A stretch of 64,000 nucleotides of DNA from Antedon mediterranea (lineage: Eukaryota; Animalia; Echinodermata): positions 27,463,648 to 27,527,647 of the forward strand of contig NC_092673.1 in assembly GCF_964355755.1 (NCBI RefSeq), given 5' to 3'. The notes under the pieces were generated by a model, which saw only the letters and a list, made by a program, of their open reading frames with translations, made no database searches and was not told the DNA's origin. A program made the position numbers and the translations under genes. The stretch's first letter is position 1, and every line of letters begins with the position of its first letter. This document shows, in pieces, positions 35,862 through 48,037 of the stretch.

Positions 35862-37625
35862 ATGTCTGCTGGCGAAGAATTTGTTCGAATGTCTGGAAGC
35901 TCCGAGAAGAAAATGTGTTCGGCTCATGATGACAATGTACTGAAGTATTTCTGTTCCACCTGTAAGAAGTCCCTTTGCACAGATTGTTATCGTATTCTAG
36001 ATTGCTATACCAAAGGTCATGACGTCATCTCTATGAAGGATGCTGAAAACAGTTTCAATGAAAAAGCTAAAGATGCGTTAAAGAATGCGGGTGATGTTAT
36101 CAAAATTCTAGAAAGAAAACTGGATGCGATCGTTGTTCAGGAAACAAAATATAATCACCAGTTGGATTTATGCAAAGAAGCCATCGAAATGCAAAGGAGA
36201 GTAGCCATTGAACATATCAACGAAAATCATAAAAGGTTGTCGAAGCAATTGGGACATTTAAAAGAGAGAAAGGATCGTGCAAAAACCAAACACTTCGAAG
36301 TTTTTGACACAAAGAAAACGGAAGTTGAAGCGATGACTACAAAAGTTAAGGCAACAATGAACGACCCAGAGCAAACAGAAACACTCACGTCTCTTACAAA
36401 AGAGATTAAAGACTTTAAGGATAAGGTTACACGAAGAGATGATGATCCGCAGAAGGGAAATATTTTACCGAAGTTTATTTCGTCCTCGCAACTTCTAGAT
36501 GTGATAAAAACACAGGGTCTTGGAGAAATTATCAATGTTAATGACTTGTATAAGGTTGATGGAAAACCAATTACAGTTACCAAAGGACAGCCATTTATGA
36601 TTAGAGTGAAAAGCGGGAAAGGCAGCGGCTCTTCGGATGATGATGGATTGACTGCTATCTTAAAGAATTATCCAAGCATAGAGTGTGCTGAGGTTAAATA
36701 CAGAGGAGATGGAGAGTACAACATTATAGGTAAATGCAGTGAAGAAGGAAGATGGGAAATGAGACTTACAACTGGTGATGCGCACATTGAAGGTTCACCA
36801 TTAGACGTCAAAGTCGAAAACGAGATGTATGAAATACATACAATTGACAATATCTCATACTTCAAGAAAGACAAAGGCGGACAAGTAACAGATGTACTGC
36901 TTGATAAAAATGGCCACATCTTAGTATCGAGCTACAGTAATTATATTTTGAAGTTTTCCAAATCTGGTTCATTTGTTGAAAAGGCAACAGTTCGACGTGA
37001 CAGAGAAGTTGTACGGATGCATCGTGTTGGTTACTGTGACATGGTTTATAGTGAATATACAAAAAGATGTGTTGTAGTCTGCAATTATGCATTGAAAAAG
37101 ATCCGCTCATTTGGTAAAGGGACATTGAAATATCCAATGGGGCTAGCAGTAAACAACGTGACGGATGTTGTATATGTGGCCGACAGTGAGGCTCATTGTG
37201 TGTTTAAATTTAATATTAAAGATGGGGAGAGTCTTGGTCAAATAGGGTCAGGTAAATTATTCAAACCATATGACGTCACGTTAATGAAAACAGGTCATGT
37301 GATCGTAGCTGATTATGAAAGTAGCAAACTACAAATGTTTGATTCAGATGGTAATTACATACGTGTCTTTGTCGAAAAGGGAAGAGAAGATGGTGAAGTC
37401 ATAGCTCCATGTGGCGTGGTCACAGATATCAATGACAATATCGTGGTAGCAAGTAATCATAAACTGCAACTATTTGATAAAGATGGCGCTTTCATAAAGC
37501 GAATAGATCACAAAGATGATGGGTTAGATACTCCGTTTGGGATTACAGTAATAGCAGGGAGACCAAGAAGAAAAGTAGCGGTTGCTAATCACGGGGCAAA
37601 CAATGTTAAGATATATACATACTAG
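35862..37625 (+). CDS. TRIM/NHL-family protein (B-box, coiled coil, filamin, NHL repeats; no RING), single coding exon
   Basis: 587-aa ORF with B-box2 CSAH...YFCSTCKKSLCTDC...H, a helical region, filamin-like HIEGSPLDVKV, and NHL repeats LKYPMGLAV, FKPYDVT, PCGVVTD, PFGITV. An acceptor TTTAG sits directly before the ATG, and upstream donors at about 34761 and 34944 suggest 5' UTR exons. Confidence 0.88.
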   Translation: MSAGEEFVRMSGSSEKKMCSAHDDNVLKYFCSTCKKSLCTDCYRILDCYTKGHDVISMKDAENSFNEKAKDALKNAGDVIKILERKLDAIVVQETKYNHQLDLCKEAIEMQRRVAIEHINENHKRLSKQLGHLKERKDRAKTKHFEVFDTKKTEVEAMTTKVKATMNDPEQTETLTSLTKEIKDFKDKVTRRDDDPQKGNILPKFISSSQLLDVIKTQGLGEIINVNDLYKVDGKPITVTKGQPFMIRVKSGKGSGSSDDDGLTAILKNYPSIECAEVKYRGDGEYNIIGKCSEEGRWEMRLTTGDAHIEGSPLDVKVENEMYEIHTIDNISYFKKDKGGQVTDVLLDKNGHILVSSYSNYILKFSKSGSFVEKATVRRDREVVRMHRVGYCDMVYSEYTKRCVVVCNYALKKIRSFGKGTLKYPMGLAVNNVTDVVYVADSEAHCVFKFNIKDGESLGQIGSGKLFKPYDVTLMKTGHVIVADYESSKLQMFDSDGNYIRVFVEKGREDGEVIAPCGVVTDINDNIVVASNHKLQLFDKDGAFIKRIDHKDDGLDTPFGITVIAGRPRRKVAVANHGANNVKIYTY

Positions 37626-38016
37626 ACACAACAATCTTCCTTTTAGGCAGGCAGATAATTATGTGTGTTAAATATTGTTAATAACTTGTAGACTTAGACT
37701 CATTTATTCATTCTTAATTTATATATTTTGTGTTGTTGATTTCAAGCATTGATATTATACTTTGCCTATAAATAATATGTGTCTAAACTTTTTCAAACAT
37801 TTCATTATCAATCACTGGCCATATGTTTCAATGATATTTATAATTGAATAAATACCTCATTAAAAATGTATTTCCCACTGTGTTTTTTTGCCTGGTTGTG
37901 TACATTAGATACCATTATCTCAACAATTTAAAGATAGTTGATTGTTTCGCGCCACATTACGTAACATTGATGAAAAAAGTTAAAGAATTGTCATACTATA
38001 GAGGGCGTACTTTAAA

Positions 38017-41000
38017 ATGGCGACTCGCATGGTAAGGGTACATGCGAAAAATTGCATAAGATTATCTGGAGGAAAGACAGATTTTAAAAGGTTAGTTTAA
38101 ATAATTAAACTATGTAATTGGATATATTAAATATTGTAAACGTGTGAAATGATTTTATTCCTATCTTCTTCTGGCGAAACAGTTTTTGAGACTACCGTGT
38201 AGCTATCTAGGGCTCTATCTAGCCTAGCTAGGCTAGCGGGATCCAGTCAAGTCGCCCCATCGCAAAGTCGCCCCATACAAAGTCGCCCAATACAAAGTCG
38301 CCCCATCGCAAAGTCGCCCCAAAACAAAGTCGCCCCGGCACAGTCGCCCCATCGCAAAGTCGCCCCATTACAAAGTCGCCCCATCGGAAATTCGCCCCAT
38401 CGCAAAGTCGCCCCAACGCAAAGTCGCCCCATCGCAAAGTCGCCCACGGTTTTAATCATATTGGTTGCGTTTGATATCGATTGCGTTGTTACTTTGGTCG
38501 CGCTAAATGTCGTATACAGTATAATGTTTATCCTATATACATAATTTGTGTTTTAATTTTTAAGGTTTTAATGGAGTGATGTGCTTTTTATTAAAAATCA
38601 TTAAAAAAATAGTCCCTTGTTTGAAAGTTCTAAAAAGATTAGGCCTATCCCTGATTTATAGTTTCGAAAATGTTAATTTAATATGATTTTAAAATTAGTT
38701 ACCAGAGCCACAATTACGAATCTTTCTTCAACCTACGCGTGGATACCAGCTAATTTTTTAGGATAATAATTATAATAAATGTATAAATGTGTAGTAGCCT
38801 AGGCCTTCCTATAGATTTACAGTAGTTAAAACAATAACAGTGTTGTAAGACAATGAGTGTTATAGGCTACTTATTGATCATTTTGCATTTATTGACAAGT
38901 TATGTGTCTTAATTTTATAATGACTTTTCAAAATAAAGAAATTAAAAAAAAAGGATTTCATCGCCGATATGATTGTTTTACATGCAGGTATTTTAGTAAA
39001 ATTAAAACGCTACATTTTGACCATGGAAAAACCATCGTACAGTATCGTGTGCGTGTTTTTTAAAAAGAGCAATCCCCGACGGTCAGCAGAAAGACGGCGC
39101 AGTTCCGATTGGTTTCAGAGAATGTTTCAGATGGCGAGTCGCCTTTTATTCAACAGCACAATGATCATTTTACTGAAGAAATTCTTTTCAACCCTTTTGG
39201 TTAGGCCTAGAACATTCTAATTATCATGCCTAATAAATATCCTCATATCGGGTATTTATTTAATTTTAAATTAAACAAGACCGTGAAGAGGCACGGAATA
39301 ATACGTACACGGACGTACGACGAATACACACACGCACGTCATCATTTACGACATATAGTGGTGATATGATGCAATTTTATAATGGATATAATGATGGGAT
39401 TGCCTTTCCAGGCTTACAATCAATGTTCATTACGTAATACTATGTATATAATCTAGATCGTATAACATCATTTTATCGCGACCAAATTTAAACGCGACCG
39501 ATTTCGAACGCGACTGATATCATCGTAAAACTCCGGCGGGGTTTCCCCATCTTCAGATGGTGCGTTGTAGTGCGACAACGGCGGAGTAATTACGGGGGTT
39601 TCCCTCTGGTAAGCTAGCACGTTAGTGCGACCGCGGAGTGATTAGTCGGGGGCTTCCTCTCTGATGATGGTGGTGCGTGCCGATCGTGTGACCTGAAACT
39701 ACATGGCGGGGCTTCCCCTTTTTATGCCTACACGTTCCGTGTTATTTTGTGTATCATTGCGACATTTTACGCACTTGTAAACTATTTTTTAACGTTTTGG
39801 GGCGACTTTGCGATAGGGCGACTTTGTGATGGGGCGACTTTGCGATGGGGCGACTTTGCGTTGGGGCGACTTTGCGATGGGGCGACTTTGCGATGGGGCG
39901 ACTGTGTCGGGGCGACTTTGTTTTGGGGCGACTTTGCGATGGGGCGACTGTGTAAGGGGCGACTTTGTATGGGGCGACTTTGCGATGGGGCGACTTGACT
40001 AGCAGGCTAGCTAGGCCTATCTTGTATAATAGCGTAGCTAGGCTGGCCTACTAGGCTAGGCCCTACAGTACTAGAGGCCTACTAGTAGTACTAGTACGGT
40101 ACTAGCTAGCAGGCCTACTAGAGGGCCTAGTTAAGCTGCTCACATCTCTACTTATCCATCATCGATCGTCATAGCCTACATCATATCGACATCGCATATA
40201 GGGATAGTGCAGCATGATGCAAGCACAGAGTCAGAGTCAATACAAAGTGACACCAGCCAGGGAAGAGTGTAATTTAACTCTTCCCTGACACTGGTGACAC
40301 TAGGCCTTGCGCTGCCTATAATATAGGGTACAATCCACATGCCTAAATAATATTGTCCGAATGAGATTGTCAGAGGTTTCTGAAGTAAATTTTTGTCAAT
40401 AATAAATAATTAATGTTAAGCGTAAATAATATTATTATTAGGTAGGTCTGATAGACTTGGTTGTGCGGACTTACACGGTCACACTAGCCTACCTAGGCTA
40501 GTCCTAATAATGATTTAAATATTCTTAAAGATGTTACAGTATGGTCCACCGAAAACATAAAAAATGAAAATCTGACTTTGAATAGGCCATTTTGCAGTTT
40601 TAACAAAGTTAATTCCTTCTGTTGGAAGAAAACCAAGAAAATATTGTTTTCACTTAGAAAAAGACAAAATAAACAGTTAAATTTAAAAAAAAACAAAGTT
40701 ATTAAAATTTTAAGTTTTAATATTAATAAAACTTTTGTTTATTCAAATGTTTATTGTGTTTGATTCCTAGATGCCGAATTACTGGTCTTCGTCGTTCCTT
40801 CTGCAGTTCTTATGGACAGGCTGGTAAAACTTCATTATGCCATCCCCTTCCTGGGACACCAAGTCCAGTGTATGCCACAGTAACAGACAATTCTTATGAA
40901 ACACATGTAACTACACTGGAAAATGGCATGAGAGTGGCTTCACAGAACATGTTTGGTCAGTTTTGTACAGTGGGTGGTAAGTTAGAATAATGCTGTCAAA

Positions 41001-44000
41001 CTTAGCCAGTGGCCATATTCACCAATCACACTTAAGTGAGATATTTCCCTTAAAGATGTACTGTCCCCCTGAAAAAATAATTCTTACAATTTTGGTTGTT
41101 GAATATGCCATTTTAATGTCACATAATAGTTATCCACTTTGATTTACCATTGTATTAACCAATTGTAATTATTTTGTTAGTTTTGATTGATTCTGGGTCA
41201 AGATTTGAGTTACCTTACACATCTGGAATTTCCCACTTTCTTGAAAAATTAGCCTTTGGTGTAAGTATACTACTATTAAAACCATTGTTTGTTTGTTGCA
41301 GAGCTGCTCATATCATGATTATGCATGAGAGATTTCAGCAATATCATTAATTTATAGACACAGAAGTTTATTTATCATTTATTTATTTATACTGGGTGAT
41401 CTCTTCAGTCAAAGACCCAGTTATGATCAGTGGCTGTGTGTGACAGTAAATGTGTACATCGGGGTAACCTCTTACTTGTCTTGAAAGATGTACTAGGTTC
41501 TTTAAAGTGCACATGAGCTAGATGTGTGCACTGTACATAGTCCTTATCCGAGAAGACTGTTCTACCACCAGAACCATGCAGCAAGTGAGCCTTGTTGATA
41601 ATATGGCTTCATAATTACGCTTCCGCTGTCTTAAAACGCACGGTCACTAGCTCGAGTTGATAAATGTATTAAAATGGGGTTTAATATAAAAACAATTCAG
41701 ATTTTAATTAGTTTTCACTTTTTATTTATAGTCTACAGACAAATTTAAAGACAGAGATGAGATTTTACAGCGATTAGAAGCTTACGGTGGAATTTGCGAT
41801 TGTCAAACATCTAGGTCTGTATGCCAATGTAAATGTATGTTTGGTTAATTGAACATGGTGAATAATTGAATTTTATATGTCTATTTCGTGCCTATCTTAC
41901 TGGATAAACCAACAATAGCCCATGATCTCCTGAGGAGAGGATATAGGAAGATAAAAGTTACTCAATACAGTATTATAGTATATAGATTTCCTTATATTTA
42001 GGGATACAATGGTGTATGGCATCTCAGCAGATAGAGAAGGACTAAATGAGGTCATTGACATATTGTCAGAAGTTGTACTTCGACCAAAAATAACAAGTTC
42101 AGAGGTGAGGCAGTTTAAAACTTTAAAAATGTGCTCTTCAGCAAACTGAACCACTGTAATTTTATGAGGCTCTTTGTGTCAGCTTCAGCAGGATGGACAA
42201 CACTTTTGAAAATTAATAATTCTTTTAAAATTTGTATCTTGCACTTTGTTAGCTTGACGATGTCGGTATAGGCATACGGTTTGAATTGGAAGACCTTGAA
42301 TTGAGGCCAGATCCAGAGCCACTACTCACAGAGATGATCCATGCAGTAAGTCCATTCAATTGATCTCTGATATTGTTTTTAGTTTTTCCCATAACTACTG
42401 TGGAGTAGTAACTATATACAGTATATGGGCGCAGTGTGTCGGACGTTGGATAACTGATCGTGAGTTTGAATTCAACTCTCACGCATTTGTTGTATCCTTA
42501 GGCAAGACACTTTACTTATGTTTGCCTCTCTCCACCCAGGTGGTTAAATGGGAACCAGTTTAGATCAAGACACAACTTTGCGGTGATTACTATGCATTAT
42601 GGGAGTATGTTTACATACGTGTTTTATCCAAAAATGAATGGGCTGATATTGTGCAGTGCTTAGAAGCTCTGTGCAATAAGAACAAATATTATTATTATGT
42701 TTGTTAGGCTTAGACATGCTTTCTCAATTGTTTTTAGGCTGCTTTTAGAAATAATACACTTGGCCAACCTAAATTTTGCACCGAAGAAAGTCTTGCCAAG
42801 ATCAGCAACGAAACCATAATGCAATTTCTCAATGTTCATCACACGCCGTCGCGGATGGTACTAGCTGGCGTCGGGATGGAACATGAGGCTCTGGTGGATC
42901 TGGCAAAAACGCATTTTCTCGGAAGCTCTGTTGCGTGGAACACGGAAAAGATTCAACAACTTGGTGGTAACATAGATAGATCAATGGCACAATATACTGG
43001 AGGAGTACAAAAGGTAATGGCTGAAACACAAACTGGCTGGTCCATAATTACTTTTTTTCTTTTAAATAAGAACATTTTGATTTATTATTTATGGTTTTCA
43101 AGGAACCTGAAAAAGAAGAGTAATAATTCGTAGAACTGGCCTTAACCATTGTATATCTAGTCTGATGATTATACAGGACACCTTCTGGACCCAATAAATG
43201 TCCCCTTAATACTGGTGAGCCATGAATAGAGGTGTCCCAAAGGAGGTGTTCTTGTGTATAATCTTTTATTTGTTTTTGTAGGTTGAGAGGGACATGTCTA
43301 ACATAGCACCAGGCACCCCAATACCAGAACTAGTCCATCTTGTCCTAGGCCTGGAAAGTTGTGGTCATCAGGACCCAGATTTTGTAGCTTTTGCCGTTCT
43401 TAACATGTTAATGGGAGGAGGTGGATCGTTTTCGGCAGGGGGGCCTGGCAAAGGCATGTACACACGGTTATACTTAAATGTGTTAAATCGGTACCATTGG
43501 ATGTACAGCGCCACTGCAGTTCATTACAGCTACGAGGATAGTGGAATATTTTGTATTCATGCCAGCACCCCACCATCAATGGTGAGTGATGATACTTAAC
43601 AACGCTACACTATCAAACTTTATGTGACAAAAAAAAATGTGATGTGCCCATATATGGACATGATGATGTCATATCACTACCATATTTGTGCATATCACTA
43701 CCATATTTGTGCATATCACTACCATATTGGCACACATAATTTTGTCAAACTAGTTTGATGTGTAGACAGTGCTTTAAATATTAAAAGATATTTTTCTTTT
43801 ATAATTGATCTATGATTCAAGACACAAAAATATCTTTGTTGTTTTATCAGTCATAATAAAACAGTATTTTATCTGTTCCGTTTTTTAAAGTAAGGAACCA
43901 AATTGTGTATAAATATAAAAAGAATTCATTTTGTGTAAAATTTATGCATATTTTTGTCACAAGATTAATTACTTTACATATTTTTACAATCTGAATTACG

Positions 44001-45019
44001 TCCATCTTCGTTCCCCAGCTTAAAGATTTAGTTGAAGTATTGACGAAAGAGTTTGTAAAGATGGCTGGTCGAGTAGAAGATGTAGAGCTTGATAGAGCCA
44101 AGACTCAACTTCAGTCAATGCTCATGATGAATCTGGAAGCTAGGCCGGTGGTGTTTGAAGATATTGGCCGACAGGTGCTTGCCACAGGGGCCAGGAAGCA
44201 TCCAGAGGAGTTCTGTGAAATGATAGGTATACAGCCTTTTTTTGTCACACTATTATGTACTTGTAATTGTTAATTGGAGTGGAGTTGTGGCTTGGTGGTT
44301 ATGATGCTTGGCTACCACTCCAAGGGTCCTGGGTTCAAGGCCCATCACATTTTTCTAAGGACAAAATTACAACTCCACTCCCAAAGACTTGAAATAAGAC
44401 TTTGTTTATGTAGAGCATCTTGTGTATATGTTTGTCTTGTGAACCTTTGAGGGTCCCTAATGATCAGCAATTGCTGGATGGATCACCCTCATTAAATATG
44501 GTCAAAAAAACAAAATTGCGTAATTTTTACCTCACTATAGTGTGCTGTGTGAGAAAAAATAAGGACAACTATCTTTGAAATTAGGATGATAAATGAAATG
44601 CAGTAAGAACAGGGCATGTTGTCAAGAAATTATCCAGTTATTAATGAGCTTTCCTTTTTGGAGCGGTAGATGTCAAATCGTTCAAATACAGTCTGACAAT
44701 TGAAGGAAAAGCTTATACAGATATACAGATTAATTTTTAAATTATTGTCCCCTTTTGAAAGGAAAGCTCGCTATATACTTTATCTCGGTATAATATAATG
44801 TTTACTTTTATCAACCTTTACTATTGTTATTTTTTTGCAGGCAAAATTTCAGCCGAGGATATTCAAAGAGTTGCGAATCGAATGTTACAATCCAACCCAT
44901 CAGTTGCTGTCCTTGGCGACCTGAAATATTTCCCATCGTACAACGACATCCAGGCTGCGTTTGCTAGTAACGACGGAAGTTTACCGCGTTCAAAACTTGC
45001 ATCAATCTTTAAACGATAA
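38017..45019 (+). CDS. PMPCA: Mitochondrial-processing peptidase subunit alpha
   Basis: Exons 38017-38090, 40771-40976, 41181-41260, 41732-41814, 42002-42104, 42253-42345, 42738-43013, 43282-43581, 44019-44226, 44841-45019. Motifs: [35 protein letters not shown], the glycine loop [20 protein letters not shown], and [21 protein letters not shown]. Confidence 0.95.
38238..40003. mobile_element. Second non-autonomous foldback-type transposon (AAGTCGCCCC tandem TIRs) in PMPCA intron 1
   Basis: 38245-38446 (AAAGTCGCCCC repeats) is inverted relative to 39798-40000 (GGGGCGACTTT repeats). Apparent 8-bp TSD AGGCTAGC at 38230-38237 and 40004-40011, which is ambiguous because the flank is CTAG-rich. 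No transposase ORF. Confidence 0.8.
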
Positions 45020-48000
45020 TAGATATAAAGTTATTGAAATACTATGTTTAGCCTATTCTCAGTGCTTTATCTATAATTTGGCCAATATCATAGGCAAATT
45101 CTGTAATACAGTGTTAAATATAACTAACCTAACCCACGATACAGGTATAATTTATTTTTTAAATTTTATTTCAACAATATTTTATGAGGGTGGTCCATCC
45201 AGCATCAGCTGATCATTAGGGACCCTCAAACAATACAAACAGTAAATACAAAATAAACTATAAAAACACAAAATTAACAAAGATAAAAAAAAATTAATAT
45301 ACATATATATAAATATATGTGATGCATACGAGACACTGTATTATAGAATTTGCCTATAATACTAGGGACAGATAATGTCATATGTGGAGATACAGAGAAT
45401 TGGGTGTTATGTTTTACAAATATATCTCGTACCACCATTTATATGTATTGAAACAAAATAAGATGCATTAATTAGTAAAAACTACATTTGAATGTGAAAA
45501 AAAGAGTAGAAGTCAAGTAAAACTACTAGTAATGGTAACATAAATGGACATATTTGGTACAGTGTATGAATAGCCAGTTATTTTCAGTGGTACAGGACAT
45601 CTTGTACCATCTTTTTGTTTTGTACTTTATACTGTCCAGAAGGCTACACATTTGTTGTGAACTATATTAGATTCAATTTCAACAGATTATTGAATTGTCT
45701 GTCAATTTCTTACTATCTTTTGTGCCTTTTTATTAGTGATAATGATATATTTGAAATAAGATTTACTTTGTTCATTTAAATCTTTAGATGCACAAAATTG
45801 ATGTTTTTTTTTGGGTGGGGGGGAACATTTTTTTGTATTGTTTATAACCTATATTTGAATGGTTATGACTCCAATTAAAGACCACTTCTTTTTACCACTA
45901 TGTAATCATGTGTGCACTAATTATAATTCGGACAAATTACACTTTTATATTATTACGACCAATTTAGTTTGAAATATTTAATAAATATGTAAAACAAAAA
46001 CATCGTTACATATTGAAGCTACGTACTTTCATATGTTTTAAACGAAATAAAAGTACAGTACTACTGTATCTGAATGAAATGAAATACATTGATGATTTAT
46101 CTGCAATTCTCGTAACCTGGCCTAATTACCATATTCATTGTTTGGTTCCCACACTGTCAAACTATTGTGTGAGAAAACCAGTGGAGCGGCAAACCGTTAA
46201 CCTGTTTTACACATCTAAAACGTTTGAAAGAAATAATTATTGTAAAAAAAGTAATAATATTAAGTGTGATACATCTCAAAATTGGTGCTTACGAGCTAGT
46301 CATGCTATGTGGATTTTTATGGTGAGTGCGTTTAAATCGTTTTTCTTCATTGCGAAAGTTAAGCCTTCGTTCTTAGGCCGAGTATAGCTGATGATAAGTA
46401 GGCTCTCAGCTCTGTCTGGTAGTAGAAACCGATCAGGTTCCACCTGTTGTATTAAGTGAAATTTATATTACCGTGTTCATTAAATTTGTTTAAAAAAAAA
46501 GCAAATGCATGACCGTTTATTTAGTGGCGTGTCGTGTTATTTTGCCAAATGTATGTTACTTTTTTTTTAATTTTTACAGTAAAAAATGTCATCTCGGTCT
46601 GTAAAAAGGTTTGCAGACTTTACCAACATTTTTATGATTTATATTATGTGGTGAAATTTTGGTTTACCTTCCTGCAGTTTCATTACTGTAACTATTTTTT
46701 CTTTATATAAATATTGAAATAAATAAAAAAGGATCATATTATTGCATGTTTTTGTTTATGATTTAAATAATCTATATTTTCCAGTGTATTTAGCAGGTTT
46801 TGTATGAAGATATGTGAAATTAATGAATCCGTTATTTATGTAGGCCTAATTTAGTGTATATTTTATGGAATTTGGTCTATAGCAATTATGATAGACCTAC
46901 AGTGCACACCGTAGATTTAAAAGAAGTCAATAGAAATAATGCTCCTATATTTACACCTCGGTAGTTCATGTCTAAACTGTTGGCTACTCAATCAAGCATA
47001 TAATTGAAATAATTGTGAATCTTGAGGTATTCCCCTCTCCATTGTATGACTGTGCATTGGTTGTTTACGCACAAGGAAGTGTTACTATAGAAACATAACT
47101 AAAAAGAATTCACCCACTGGTTACATTTGAACATATTCGGTTGTTGAGTTTTATTGTTCCCTGAAAAAAAAGTTAAATAAGTATTTAAGTTTGTACTCGG
47201 CAAACAACTTGTAATTACCTAAGACTTACAATTCGACTTACAAAAGTAGGCCTAAATAAAAGATTGTTAAAGCAAAAAAAAGTTAGTTACCCAAACAAAT
47301 ATTTCTTTAAAACCCTTATAATATACACTATTAAAATAATATATATTCAGTAATGATAAAAATGTTCCTCCATTTACCAATTAGTCTAATTTTAACTCAT
47401 CTCTGTCTTTTAATGATGATTATTGGTATTTTTTTAGATATAATAATTCTGATCTATTTTCCAATAATAAATGTTGTAAAAAAAAGTTATAGCAGGGAAG
47501 AGTGAAATACTATCTATCTAATTCATTATTTGGGATGGTTCATGAATATTCATGAGAATTATTGATCGATATTAGAGCATTGTCATTATTGAAACAGATG
47601 GACAGCATGAGGGCTATTGTTAGGATATTGATTGTGTATTAACTTAAAAAGGTAATTTAATATGACACGATTATTCAGGTCACAGTGGCGATGATTGTAC
47701 CATGGTACATAGCCACACCCAATGGTTCATAACCACACCCAATGACATGTGTAACCACACCTATTTATAGAAATATAATAAATGATCCAAGCAATAAAAT
47801 TATTATATTTATCATCAATCTGTTTTAGGAATCGATATTTCAACATTTAGTTGAATATGTCATGTATTGCTGTAGAGAAAAATAATAAAATTAAATATTT
47901 TCCTTTTTTCAGATGAATTATCAAAATAGAGATGTTGAGGTTATAAAGGCTGTCTGTAACAATACCATACAGTAGGATAGGAGTTTATATTGTACAATCA

Positions 48001-48037
48001 AATTTATCTAATCTGAAACAGAATTTAAAAAAAAAAC

